Below, in pieces: positions 50,983 through 64,000 of a stretch of DNA of 64,000 nucleotides. Each line of letters begins with the position of its first letter. Positions within the stretch are counted from its first letter, which is position 1. The stretch lies in contig NMRA01000328.1 of the NCBI GenBank assembly GCA_002633005.1, positions 318,134 to 382,133 of the forward strand, given 5' to 3'. The DNA is from Phoronis australis (lineage: Eukaryota > Animalia > Phoronida). The position numbers were made by a program, and so were the translations under genes. Under the pieces are notes generated by a model. The model was not told where the DNA came from, searched no databases, and was given only the letters and a program-made list of their open reading frames with translations.

Positions 50983-53606
50983 CTGTTTTTTTTGTTTAAT
51001 TTACTCATTGTCGCCGCCACTTATTTCAGACGTAGCTTCTGTACGTGATCAGATTGTCTTGGGTGTGCATGTATTTTAATTCTTACGGTAAACCTCAGTC
51101 TGTTTAAGTTACATAGATTATATGCGAACTTAGCGTTGACAGATTTAGTGCACCCACTCTCCTGTCTTATTCTTTCACCACGTGTGATATCAAAAACGGA
51201 CTTCCGACTAGACGAAATTTATTTACATTTTCTTTCCTACTGAATACAAAGAGGCCTTAATATAACAAGCTGTTGTCTGAGTCCAGGAAAGCCACCGCAA
51301 TTCTGCCAGTGCAGTACACTCAATTAGTACCTCGCCAACGGCAACATAACTCATTACAGCGTTTCTTTCCATTGTTTTCAACAATTCGAGAGCTTAAGTC
51401 CTACTCCACTTGTCAGCCACTTATTAATGAATTGACGAGTTCTGCGTTAAATTACTTTTATTCTGAAAAAATATCACACTGAAAGATGGCCAGTTGTGAT
51501 TTTTTTAGAATAAATTGGCCAAGTTTCGTCTTTAAGGGGCTAAAAACCAGCGCTCCGTCAAAGAAGCTAACTTTAGATTTCCATCACAAGGCCACCCGCT
51601 ATAAAACTTGCTAGAAGCATACAATGACACGCCGTGACAATCCAACTTGTAATGCCTGTACTGAAATCACCTCTACTTCACTTATGTGGCAAGATTTGAT
51701 CTAATTTTCATAATGGGTAAGTGGACTAAATCAAAGGAAGGGCGCTTTAAATTCGTTTCTAATCTTTGACTTTTTTAAATAAAACCAAGTCAAAAGTAGC
51801 TTACATTAAAAACAGATAAGACACAACATCTACAAAAACAATGATTTTTCATGACACTACTTTTCAAATCAATGTCATTCGATTCATAAGTAATCATATT
51901 GATTTTCAGTGAAATTCACCGACAATACCATGTACACTTGGGTGGACAATGAAATATTCATAGTTGGAATTAAAGATAATCTTGCTTCACATTTCTGCTG
52001 CTTGTACAAAACGTAAAACAAGCTAAACACGTGGTTTCCGTTTTAAAAGATGTTAGGCCACTTGCTATTAAAAAAATGACTTTATCTTATTCCTTACTAA
52101 AAGTGATCACTGGCAGTCTTTATGTTATCACAGGCTGTTATTGGCTCACTGCTCGAGAGTGACACAGTAGCCTAAACAACAGACACAGGCCTTGAGTTTT
52201 TGTTGTTTATGTGTACTTGTGTGTTTGCTATGAATATTTTGAGTTTTTGAGGTGTTCTCTGAAACCCACACTTTTGTAGACTTAGTGATAACCCCCACAG
52301 CTAGCTTTGGAAGACAGTTAAAAACTGCTGTTAAATACTACCTAATTGAAATGTGCTATATCAAATGGAAATTACAGAGCAGTCACCTTTAGATAAGTTG
52401 TATATTTTCCCAAACCCCAAACCTGACCAACCACACACAAGAAACAATTTCGTAAAAATTCAATTTCACGCATATGTACAACAAGTACAACAGTTCTAGT
52501 ACGTACCAACAACTAATAATTTCATTTGCAGTAAAGACACACATGATATCCATCATTTGAAAATTAGATCTAAGTACAAATACAATATCTGGCACAGGGC
52601 CAGTAGGATATACCAACTTAAAAAAAAATGAAATGAACATAAACTAATGTGAATCAATATCTATAACCTTTCTGCAAACACATCATGCCACTCAGTAGTA
52701 TCCCAATTGTATCACTAAGAACCCTTTGTCAGCACTTGTCACATGTGTAAATGGCTCTCATCTACTCTTGCATCAACACAAACTTGACGCATTTCAGGGT
52801 ACCTTGTACTTTGTCTAGAGATTTGTACCAGAACTGCTGTCCTCAAGAGCTCTGTTATCCTGTTGTGCGAGTAGATTAATTAATGCCATTAGCAATGACT
52901 TTACACTATATAACATTCACTAAAATAAATTGATATACCGTGAACTAAAACATGATTTTTCGAAACTGCTTGGCTTCTGAAATTGAATTCCTTGTAACAA
53001 CCAAGGTTAGGTTGATTTTCACCTTAAGAAATATGATAAAAATTAGCCTAAACAGATGCATTAAGTTTCAGTTCTCTGGTGCCCAATAATGAATGGTTTT
53101 AGGAACTCTTTGGTCATTGTAGAAACCAAAGCAGTCTAGAGTTGAAGCCAAATGGGATGTCTTTGTAATACTACAGAGACCGTTTATTGATGCTTTCATG
53201 CTTCAGATACACTTGTGAGAACACCAAACTATCATCATAGCTACTATCATATTTACTCAATCTCCTTCTGGTAATAAAGTCACTGAATTTGTGTACCGTA
53301 ATGAAGACCACATCAAACAACAATACAACAACCCAACAGCTGCAAGGTAACCACAGCAGTACCGAACAGGTTGAATAGCATGCCTACCATAAAAGTTAAA
53401 TGTTGATCCCATTAAATCAATAATGTCAAAATATCCAATAAACAATAATTTCAAATCTCCCAAATCACTATTGTTACTGTGCATGAGGTAGAAAGACAGA
53501 AAAGATACTTCAACTTCAAGTCAAAGTTAAAATATGTAAATGTAATTTTATAATACAACTAATGGAAGTCTCAATATTTACACAAATCTTGCATTGTTAT
53601 CTTTAT

Positions 53607-53813
53607 CTAGGACATAGGGAATTCGTGAGTGGCAGCGTATCTGCCCGTAACATAGTGATACAGTTGTCGTTCTATGTCTATAAGCAGACTGCTAGCTCCA
53701 AGTCGGAACAAGTCTGGCATCAACCAATCATCTCCCAGCTCTTCCTTCATAAGTGCAAGCCATGTGCATGCATCCTTTGCCGACCTTATACCTCCTGCTG
53801 GTTTGAAACCCAC
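53607..53813 (-). CDS. DERA: DERA exon 8
   Basis: VGFKPAGGIR...FRLGASSLL...HEFPMS*. Confidence 0.95.
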   Translation of the reverse strand: MGFKPAGGIRSAKDACTWLALMKEELGDDWLMPDLFRLGASSLLIDIERQLYHYVTGRYAATHEFPMS

Positions 53814-56800
53814 CTGAAGAACAACAAGCATTGAAAATATAGCAAATACAAGAACATTAGCTACGCAGTTGAAGTGAAATGAAATAGCAGCAAGAATGAA
53901 GAAGTTTTCAGTTATACCCCAAGGGTGCACTGTTTTAGTAGTATCTTTACGATTACCCACAACTTCAGTCTAATTTATTTTCTGTTACATTGTCTTTTTC
54001 ATATTTCTATACATTCAAATATCAAACTACAAAAAATTTAGACATCAGATATCAATGCAAGCAAAGATAAGAGAAGCCCAAAACCATCTTCCATGGTTAT
54101 GCTAGAGTTCTAGCCCATAAGACAATTATGGAGAATTAAAAGTGTTAACACATCTGATTTTGGACCTTCAATTATTTCTTCTAACAAACACAAAATCAAA
54201 ACAAAGCAAGACACAGCATTGAAATACACAATTATGTGTCCCAACATAGTAGTTACACTAGTTGCAATCCTTGGATGTGTGTTATTACTTATGCTGATCT
54301 CAGCCCAACGAACTACAGTCAGCCGGAATAGAAAAATAGACACGCATACTGAAGCAAGCACATGAACGCTGTCTGGTCGATCAAGACCATGGAGCTGCAT
54401 TTCACACGTTTACCTGTCAACGTTGAATTCTTAAAAAAAGCACTTTGAGGTTTGAAAACATTACCACGCTCGTCCAATCTTAATTATTGTCGAATGAGCC
54501 GGCAACTCAAGTTAAAGGCAATGTGTAGAGGTATTATTTTTGAGTTTGCTAACCTCAACAAACTCTGAAGTGTTTTGTTGAGTCAATGATGGTTTAAATG
54601 CTCTTCTTGGTAACAGAATCCTATCATGGTACGGAATATCAGGAGACAGATTTAATAAGAGTAAAAGGCTTAATGCAGTTTTTATTTTTAGCCAATTAAA
54701 CAAGGCAAAATGCAGGTTTAAGAATCAAGTAAGCTATCAATGCTTTAAAACAACATACATGATCAAGTTGTATTGTTATTTTAGTAAAATCATATTTTGT
54801 ATGTTTAACTACAATTCATTCAGTGTTTTGAGAAATCACATTTATCAACAAAATCGTTAGTTTACATTTAACTATACAGAGACTGCCATGTTGTTACTCC
54901 ACTACCCTATATCCACTGTTGTTGGACCATTCAGGTTCAAAGGTCAATGATTCAACTACACTGGCTAACGACGGGCATTCACTAGGATATTTAGGGACTA
55001 CAGATGGCTTATGAATAGTTCGTGATTTGAAAACAGCTTTTGTGTATGCAGTTAATAGCCTCTCTACCTTATGTCCAGTTCTTTCATAATATTCTCTGAT
55101 GGCACGCACCATTACCAAGGCAACAGGTAGAATGGCATTCACACCTTCTTTACCTGTAGAAGTCTTGATGAAATCCGCACCTGACATGAAAAATCAGCAA
55201 TGTCAACAATAAGAAATGTATGCTTTATCTAAAAGTCATTTTCTTAATTCCACGGGTCATTGGAAATTTGATAAAAGTCATACAATAAGGACCTTGTCCA
55301 ATTCAAAAGGAAAATTAACATTAGAACTACGATTAAAAGAAACTTTATTTCCCGTTCCCACAATTGTAATCAGACAAAAGAATTATTTTCCTTTAAATGT
55401 ACAAATAAAATACTTTAAATAAAATAATTAACTGACCATCATGAACCTCAAAGGAGTAAGGCAATGGATAAAAATTTAAAATATTTCAAGTGTTACTACC
55501 TCTGCAGTGCAGAGAACATGATTACACTAAGTGACAACCTTCAACAAGGCAGCTTACCACATAGAAATATGATAGATAGCTCAGTCACTTACCTGCCATC
55601 ATACAAACTAAGCTAGCTTTGTACACATTAGCCATGGAGCCAAGTTCACCCGTAGCTAGAATAGTCTTCAGGTGAGCTTCCCCACATGCCTCTCTCATTA
55701 ACCGCACCTCGTTATACACACCTGTTAACAAAAATTAAACCTGCACTTCACCTTATTTAGTTAGATTAAACAGAAATCGAATCAAGCCTCTTACTATTCG
55801 GTCTCGCATTATTCTTTGCAGTCATAAGATTCTATTTCTGATATCAACAAGAAACCATCAGTGACTCAAGGAAAAATTTCAGAGTTTATTGCGTTGACCT
55901 ACACTAAAATTGCGAATTTGAATATGATGCATTTATTACGCATTGTCTGTTACCTGAGTTGCTGCTTCATCCGACAAGAATTCAACATGGCATTGCATTT
56001 AAACTTCAAAGCGCTTCAGTTGAACGTTTTTAAGTAATCATCAAGATATGGTAAAGAAGGCGAAGCAACAACTAACTTCTTCAAATTTTCAAACTAGCTT
56101 TTGACACCATGAAAAATGAAAATGAATTTAACGTTCAGAAAACTAAATAAATTCTACAAAAGAGGAGAGGAACAGAATTACCTTTAGTTTTGTTGTCTAT
56201 TCACTCTTGGCAAAACAACCCAGCGTTATGAGAACTACCTTAGTGTGACCAGGCCTTGGCAATGACATCATTTTCATAATGGTAACATATTCCCAGATAG
56301 CAAAAATAGTTTAATTAACTGTTAAGAAATCAGGTAAGAAAAGTCAAACAAAGTACGACAGGTGAGACTCCTCGTAAAATTATTAATATATCTACTATAT
56401 TATAATGATGCTGGGAGTTTCGTTTACAGCACCTTGTTTTACTTGTTCTTACATGCCCATATCTCTGCAGGCCATAGACGCATTTAGGGGGNNNNNNNNN
56501 NNNNNNNNNNNNNNNNNGGGCTTGGCCCCCCTTGGCTGCCGCAATAAAATAAAACAGCAAGAATGTAGGGAAATGTTGGGTTTACTAATTAACCCCGGTA
56601 ATTAACATTATACGGTGGAAACGAGATTTAAATGTGTGCAGTTTTAGTGTGTTTGGGGGGGGCTCAGATCCAACTTCAAGTGTCAAATTCGGAACACGGC
56701 TCAATCGTAACGAAACTATGGCTAAGTATAGGCTCTCCCACGATATCCCAGGCGACCGGCAGTGGCGCTGCGCATTACGACTCCGTTTCCATCGTCTGCT

Positions 56801-59800
56801 TTACTGTACAATGAAGAAAATTACTTCAATTTTTTAAAAAAAATGGAATCTGAGTGACGATGAAAAAGCAGAAGCTGCTGGTAAGATGTGAATTTTAATC
56901 GAAGCCTTAGTGAATCACTCAGAAACTCATAATTCTCTCTTTGTCAAACCTTAACTTAAGACGATTTCCAAAGCAATCGCGTCATTAATGCCAACACAAA
57001 AAACAGATTTGGTCTTTTGGGCAAATTAAGACTACAACAAATTTGTTACGAACTGATTGCACAAAATATAAAAAGTGTAATAAGCATTAAAAAAAGAAGT
57101 AGGTTTCGCGCGCAAACGCTGTGGACCCCAATGAAGTAGGTATCTTAGTAACAAATGAGGTGTTAAGTCGTGGTGGTGCAGTGGTAAAGCACGCGCGCTC
57201 TATCCTCCAGGTCGTGAGTTCGAGTTTGTGATAATTGCAGTTTTTCATGTTTGACACGTTCTCCGTGTTTTTTTTTTCTTTTTCTTTGCCTTTTTTCCTT
57301 GGATAATACTTCAGGAATCAAGGAAAATGCTTGATTTTTAGAGGAAAAAACAGAAAAATTTTCCCCTCCCAACCTCCCCCCATTCGGACCTATGCGCATC
57401 TAATCATGCTTTGCACAAAATGTTTTCAGACAAAATGTTGGTCCCCCCTTGTGATATCCTAGATCCGCCACTGCAGACTAACCTTGCCAGTCTCCTGTCA
57501 ATGCATAATGTCTGTTGATGACAATGTCTATTTCACTAGCGCCATCTTCCACTGCTTGTCGCACCTCCTCAAGACGTGTCTTCAAAGGTGTCTGGCCAGT
57601 TGGGAACCCAGTGGCAACTTTCAATAGATACAATGGTAGGGACAAAGTTAGTCTAATTGGTAATACATAGTTCAACATTGGTTGGAAATTTTGAGCACAG
57701 TGATATTGAAAGGGAAAACGTTATTGAGTCACTAGCTCTTCCTGATGATAAAACTAGTTGAAATCTGGTCAAGAAAACCATGTGGCTCAGGTACCTACAG
57801 GACTGCAAAATGTGCAATATAATTCAATTTAAAACTCATCTGAAGTTACAGGTATAACTCACCTGAAGCCACAGGTATATGCCCTGCCCCCGCAGCCTTC
57901 AGTGCCAACACACTGTCCTTCACACGGTTGGGATAAACACATACGGCACCAACAGTTATACCTGGCTCAACATAACGATATCAGCATGTATCAGTAACAT
58001 CAGCTTTTAACACATAAATATATCAACATATCAGTATCATATGTATATCAACAGCAGTAATCACAACAAAGAGAAATTATTGAAACGTCAAGATTCAAAA
58101 GTTTTAATGCTATTTACACAAGTTGCCACTGATATGCAAACAAAGACACAGATGAAAAAGAAACAAAATAAAACCAATCTTACAATATCAATGTCACAAG
58201 AAACCACATTCATAAATAATATAAAGAAAGTCAAGATTTCACCATAAACATTAGAATATTAGATGCAATTCAACATAAAAACTTCAAAGTCCTGTTAAAA
58301 GGAAGAAAGAAAGAAATCATTTTAACTAGTAAACTTTCCTGTCAAATGTTAGTATCAGTCAATCTCCAATGTCTTCAAACAAAAAATAGATATAACCAAG
58401 TCCTTAGGCTTAGTGTGAGAGGTGATTTGAACAGCATAATTGCACTCCCTTCTCTATTATGAGAAACATTGAGCCAAATCAAAACACAAACATTATCAAC
58501 GATGAACTTCCCCCCAAAAATATGCAATTGCGTGTTCTCAACAGCAGCAACCTTCACACAATACAAATGTTCAAGAGAAAAGGTGTTGTTTGTAGGACAA
58601 TTGTGCTTGGTAAGAAAAGAAGTACGCCTTGAGTGGAAATACCCATGTTAAAGAGAAAATAACGGTGTTTATGAAAATGTCAGTGCAGTTCGTGAGGGAG
58701 AAAGACTGGCTATCCCCTTTCACACCAAACACAGTCTTTTGCACTCAAAAACCAGCATAATGATTTGAGTTGAGACGTACCTTTGTCTTGCATTCCCATG
58801 CTCCTTATCAAGTCAGGCCTGACTGGCGTTCTAGCCTTGAAGCACAGACGTTTGACATTAGCTGGTGTGTCATCACCCGCTAAAGTTGTTAGGTCTATAC
58901 ATGTGACAGCTCTCAACAGCCAGGCAGCCTGCCATAGGGAACAATGTGTATGGTGAACAGGAAACAATTAAAGCTTTTATTCTATCACTGTGGGATTCAG
59001 CCAAGGTACTTCAGATTTGTATGGAAGGGGTAAATGTTAACAAACTATAACTACAAATGTAGGAAACAGTGTGTGATAAACTAGAACACGTTACAAGGGT
59101 TTCACAAAACAATACAATTACAAGTCTTCAACATTAAGATTGAATTATTAAAGTATATTTGTAGAAGTCTTTTACAAGCATAATAAAATTTACAATAAAA
59201 ACAAAGGGAATTTTAACAGGCTTGTTTTAAAGTGAGAAAAAAAGATTGATGTTGTACATGGCTAACAGTGTATATCTTCAGTTCAACTCTCTAACCTTCA
59301 TGACATTATTATTTCATTTTTTTTCTGAACAGCAATGATGTGCATTTATTTGTAGCTACAATCTCCGGTGACTCCCCATTTAATTTATTGATAGTATTAT
59401 TACAAATGTTGACAGTCGAAGTTAACATGCTGAAAGCAGCTTTATGACAGGTCTTCCAAATTATATTTCGCAAGAGACAATTACTCAAACCAACCTGCCA
59501 TTGTTTCTTAACACATCTACGTGCCCCAAGACTGTCAGCCCTTCGTTTAACAGCTGGTAAATTAACATGCACATTCTCCAACCAACCAGCATCTATAAAC
59601 AAACAAATGAAAATCTGTTAGATGCTGAATGTCAACCTCTCATCATCTGTCGTAAAGATTGCCAGATGCAACTTCCAGAGATTATTTGACACCTGTTTGA
59701 TGTTTTATAAGTTGCCTTGTTAAATACAATATTCATCGCTGTCTTCCATCTTTATTTTCATTCTGATCCCTCATGGTTGACATCCGTCGTCTCACTGAGT

Positions 59801-60723
59801 TCGAAACAGCTGCTCTTTTAGTTTTTCATTGGCAGCCTGCTACATGTATGCAGACTAACATCAAAATACAGCCAGGAACCGCGGAGTGTTAACCTCACAT
59901 AGACCTCGAAATTTCACACCGCCCGGGTCATCTCATCCTCAAACTTATATCAACAAGTAGCTAATGACTGGCAGGGGAGCATGAAAAATCTGGGAATCAA
60001 GAGATGACTAACCTTACCCATTACACTTCTTTACAACTAAGTGAAAAACAACTTAAAAAAAGTCAATTAAGTGCATAATTTTGTGGCTTTTGGAAAGTCT
60101 GACGTCAACTTGAAAGCAGCTAGTGTAGTGCCCTCGTGACGTCCCTGGTGCAAGCAGCCTGTAAAAATGGCCAGTTCAGTTCCGAATTGAGCAACTGAAC
60201 AAATTACTGTTTGGGAAAAAGTTTGATTGAAGGAGTATTTGTTACAGCCGGAGAGACAACAACGGCCTAGCTCCTAAAGTGTCCTGTGCACAAAAGGTAA
60301 ATATAACAACATGACTTGGATGGTTTAATCAGTGAGGCATAAATAATTCGCGGAAAAGCTTAACTGGCGATGGAGGGCCTATGGGATGAATACCTTCTCT
60401 TCTGCGGCCAGTTGACACGGTGTTACTGCCTAGTAAACAAGTTCAGTGTTGTGTCGGCGGCAACATTCACAAGCTCAAACCAATCAGCTATATAGCATAG
60501 GCCCACCACTGCTCAAACTAACACCATTGATGGCATTGTGCCGAGACGGTGGTCCTACTTCACAAGTAGACACAACACTCAACAGGCATCGGTCCAGCAG
60601 TTTCGAGTTAATTTTGTACTAAAGTATTGAATTGAATGATTAATTATTTTGGTATGCATCCAAGTAAATACGGAAGATTGATCAAATCTTACCAAATGTA
60701 CATCCAGGATTTCTAGATGCCAT
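53607..60723 (-). CDS. DERA: Deoxyribose-phosphate aldolase, 8 exons, 319 aa
   Basis: Exons 60723-60693, 59592-59495, 58928-58781, 57961-57863, 57617-57483, 55721-55593, 55180-55068, 53813-53607. Motifs MASRNPG, CIDLTTL, AVCVYP, VATGFP, GASEIDIVINR, HLKTILATGEL, DFIKTSTGKE, VGFKPAGGIR, FRLGASSLL. Confidence 0.97.
55068..55180 (-). CDS. DERA: DERA exon 7
   Basis: ADFIKTSTGKEGVNA (Schiff-base Lys motif). Confidence 0.95.
55593..55721 (-). CDS. DERA: DERA exon 6
   Basis: EACGEAHLKTILATGELGS... Confidence 0.95.
56473..57473 (-). mobile_element. Inverted copy of the 10159-11185 element in DERA intron 5
   Basis: Colinear reverse-complement match over ~1 kb; flanks CAGGC / CAGAC (4/5 TSD); N-gap in poly-G end. 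Confidence 0.88.
57483..57617 (-). CDS. DERA: DERA exon 5
   Basis: VATGFPTGQ...GASEIDIVINR. Confidence 0.95.
57863..57961 (-). CDS. DERA: DERA exon 4
   Basis: ITVGAVCVYPNRV...IPVAS. Confidence 0.95.
58781..58928 (-). CDS. DERA: DERA exon 3
   Basis: AAWLLRAVTCIDLTTLAGDDT. Confidence 0.95.
59495..59592 (-). CDS. DERA: DERA exon 2
   Basis: VNLPAVKRRA...VKKQWQ. Confidence 0.93.
60693..60723 (-). CDS. DERA: DERA exon 1
   Basis: ATG GCA TCT AGA AAT CCT GGA...; gtaaga donor. Confidence 0.85.
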
Positions 60724-61067
60724 TTTGATCTAAAAGGGTTGACCCTGTAGTTGGCAGTGCCTGTTGTTGTCCGTGTTGTTGACTTGACCTACAGGACACA
60801 AGCACTGAGCAGAAGTTAAGTGTTGTATAGTTATGTTTACTTTCGTACATAATAACTGGGGGTGAGCATAAAATCGTTTGTTGTTAGTACTTGAGACTAA
60901 TTGAAATTGCCTATTTCATACATATCTAGATAGCATATATTTGAGTTGAAACATACTGTCTACGATAAATCTATATGTAATTATTATACTAAAACAATCA
61001 ATTGAACCATAACCTGACTTAGTCAACACGCCGAGCTACCTTTGCCTTCTGCTGGTCCAACGTGTGA

Positions 61068-61211
<144 letters not shown>

Positions 61212-61699
61212 TAACGTATAACACCAATCTGTTTAAACGGCAACTGATTCAGACTAGCTTTGTCAACTCAATTAGTCGGTGGGCCAAATCTCATAGCGTT
61301 CATCCTTGTGAGTACTTTGGGGGGGCAACCTAGTTTTTTCTATGTGGCTAGATAATATAACTAAAAATCAAATTCCAAAAAGTTCCCACGTCTACACTTG
61401 CACATTTTTTTAAAAAAAGGTGTTTTTGTTGCACAAAATATGATGCATATTCCTGCCACTTGATGGCGCTTTTCCAGTGAATTGACCAATCAGAGAGCCA
61501 GATTGTATTGTTGTGCTTAGTTACTTCAATATGGCTGCTCCCATGGAATGTGATGTCTGTATAAGTCAAGGTTTATCAAACAGCACAAAATTGTGATGTC
61601 AGAGCCTAAAGAAGCTTAGGAAAGCTTCCTGACGAAAGCTGATTGACTGTGGAACTCTGTAGATCAGTAGATCAAAAAGAAGAAGAGGTGTCACAAACG

Positions 61700-63702
61700 T
61701 TTGTGCAGAAAACAGCTGCATGTCCTGGTAGCCTACACAGTATACTGCTGAGTGCTATAGACTAGAATACCAAGTGTCAGACCAGAAAATTGAAAGGACA
61801 TAGAACGGCATAGCAACGTTTCAAGGCACCAACAGTAGTACTAAAGCTGAAGTTGCTGAAAGTGATACAGATGTTATCCAAGATTTCCCAAGAAAATCAA
61901 TCACTTCCAAAATCTGAAACACCCAATTAACCTGAACAAGATAGGAACATTCTGAAACATGAGTGCATCATTTGTTAGCAGGAAAAGTACATTATGGGCC
62001 ACATTTCAAGAAAGAGAAAGAAGTATAGCTTTCAAAAACAGGTACGTGTTTTTTAAAAATACATTTTGGTGTTTTCCACGTGTGATTCAGTATTATCACC
62101 AGTTGTTTTTTAACTTGTTCAGCCCCTTGACTGCCTAGGCCTTAGACAATACTGCTGACCCAGTAGAGACGATGATCATACTATAGGTACTTCATATGCC
62201 GGATACTTTTCGGCAAATTATGTTCCTATAAGTTTAGAAGTACCGCGTAGAGAGATGCCTCTGAGGAGGTCGTTAATGTTTTCATTTGTTCCCAGTTTAA
62301 ACAAATACTCCTGCAATCCTGTTTTTCGAACACTCCATTCAGTTGCCACATCGACACTGCTTGCGCTAAGGGATAATCCTATGGCGTTATACTGTGGGTG
62401 TGATTTTAAAGCACTTTAAGTCTAAAATTTTTGAGAAGGTTAAATGGAGTAGATAGTTGCAAACAACATGCCCAAGTGGCCGTCATCCCCTGCCGTAGTC
62501 TCAATTTTTTGTAAACATTAATTACTTAGGTAGCAGCTGCAATGATAATTAAATTAAAGTGCCTAAGTGGCCATCGTCGCCGTCGAAATTTGAGGACGAT
62601 GGAAGCCACTGTCCATTTCGTCAAACGTCGATTACCTTAAGTGTAAATCGATTGACTATGGTTTGAGCATCTGATTTAAAAAAAATTAAATTTCAATCAC
62701 TGCACAGGTATATCAGCTGATTTATTTTCAGCTGCATCTACTGATCTAATTATTAGACGATCAACATTATTAGGCTACAGATCAAACGGCATGTAAATTT
62801 GTTAGGCTGGTGGTGGATCAGCTCCTGATACGTCCGTCTGAAAAAGTTGCATGCCAACTCACTCATAGTTGAATGTTAAATTAGTGTTAACAGTTCGGGT
62901 TTTTTTCAGTTGGACTTGTATCGCAAGCAACAGCTCAGTCCAGAGCCCTGAATATGCAAATGAAATTCAAAGATAAAGACCTTGTGTCTTAGAAGCCAAG
63001 TACCACAGATCATCATGCTGTAAAAAAGAGAAAGACAAAGATTGTGGAGAGTGACGAATCCCCAGTTTTCAGAGATGTTTTTCTACAGTTTTGTTTGGAG
63101 TTCATTGAATCAAAGCTTCTAGCACATGGAGATGTCATTTGCCTTTCAAAAATAAAGCAAGACTTTGAAGCTGTTCTTCAGAAAGCTGGTGTGCATGAAG
63201 TTATTTGGACAGGCAATCTTAAGAAATATTGTTGAAGCTACTCACTGTTGTAGTTTGTGCCTGACTAAGAGATACGAAAGTGAATTGAGGCTAGTGTTCA
63301 ATAATTCACTTGCTGACTCTAATTAACACAGCCCATTGTAACATATTTTGAATCAAACGTTTGCCCAAATAGTGCCCGCCTCCAAACAAGAACTTAGTGT
63401 TTGACCCTTCATTGCCTGCGGGCTAATCACCAGTGTGCAGTGCTGTACCCTCTCTAATCGACCATAGTTGGCTCCTTGGCGGTGGAGCTTTGCAGTTAAT
63501 ATGTATGGCAATGACCGCATCTCCATTGACAGTACTAAACGATGAACGCTGCAAGTGCAAAAAGAACATGTGTGCTGGGAAACTGAGTTTGTGCTGCAAT
63601 GCTGGGTCAAACTGTACAGAAATGTGCAGCTGTGACAACTGTAGTAACATCAGCAACACTGACTGCATAACATTGGATAGTTCTTTGACAGGCCAACCCT
63701 AA
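61700..63702 (+). pseudogene. Decayed transposase remnant, Academ-like (N-terminal DLVxxEAKYH motif and C-terminal Cys-rich CXC finger)
   Basis: Frameshifted DLVS/LEAKYHRSSC at ~62978-63017; ORF 63044-63235; ORF 63433-63702 PSLIDHSW...L...M...SP..VL...CKCKKNMC....CC...SNCTEMCSCDNCSN; stops and large deletion between them. Confidence 0.55.
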
Positions 63703-64000
63703 ATAGACCTCCAACCCCGTTATTTCCTTTTTTGTATTAAAAAGTTAATTTTATTTGTTGATTAAGTCATAGAAAGTACATACTTTGATCATTGTCATGT
63801 ATTTGTCTCATACTGCTTAATAAACGCTGTCAGAATAATCTATTTTAATACAGTCTTTGTGCACATTCACAGAGATCATTCAACTATATTGTTTTTGTAC
63901 TATAACATATTTCTGGTGTATTATGCAAACAAGCTGTATTTTACACCATTAGTCAATGTTTTAGTCATTGAGGCACAAATTTTGCCCAGTCTCAAGTGTT

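Overview
AT-rich, intron-rich animal genomic DNA (invertebrate-like; species cannot be fixed from sequence). Four spliced genes were reconstructed by hand with GT-AG introns and consistent phases: (1) the last 17 exons of an M13 metallopeptidase (ECE/neprilysin type, + strand, 778-22925, 5' part outside the window); (2) a 603-aa Myb/SANT-like + C2H2 zinc-finger gene (- strand, 29388-33183); (3) a secreted 304-aa pleiotrophin/midkine-family gene with one N-type and four C-type domains (- strand, 41659-46759); (4) DERA, 319 aa (- strand, 53607-60723). Introns carry many mobile elements: two internally deleted Kolobok DNA transposons (TTAA TSD; THAP and KolX/P2X7-tail-like remnants), hAT-like non-autonomous elements with unusual 6-bp and 5-bp TSDs (the longer 5-bp-TSD copies carry a tRNA-like Pol III cassette), a Penelope-like GIY-YIG fragment with inverted repeat, tRNA-derived SINEs, an Academ-like remnant, minisatellites, and a ~148-bp degenerate repeat with a CTCF-like motif in each unit. 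All family assignments rest on motif recognition, not database searches.
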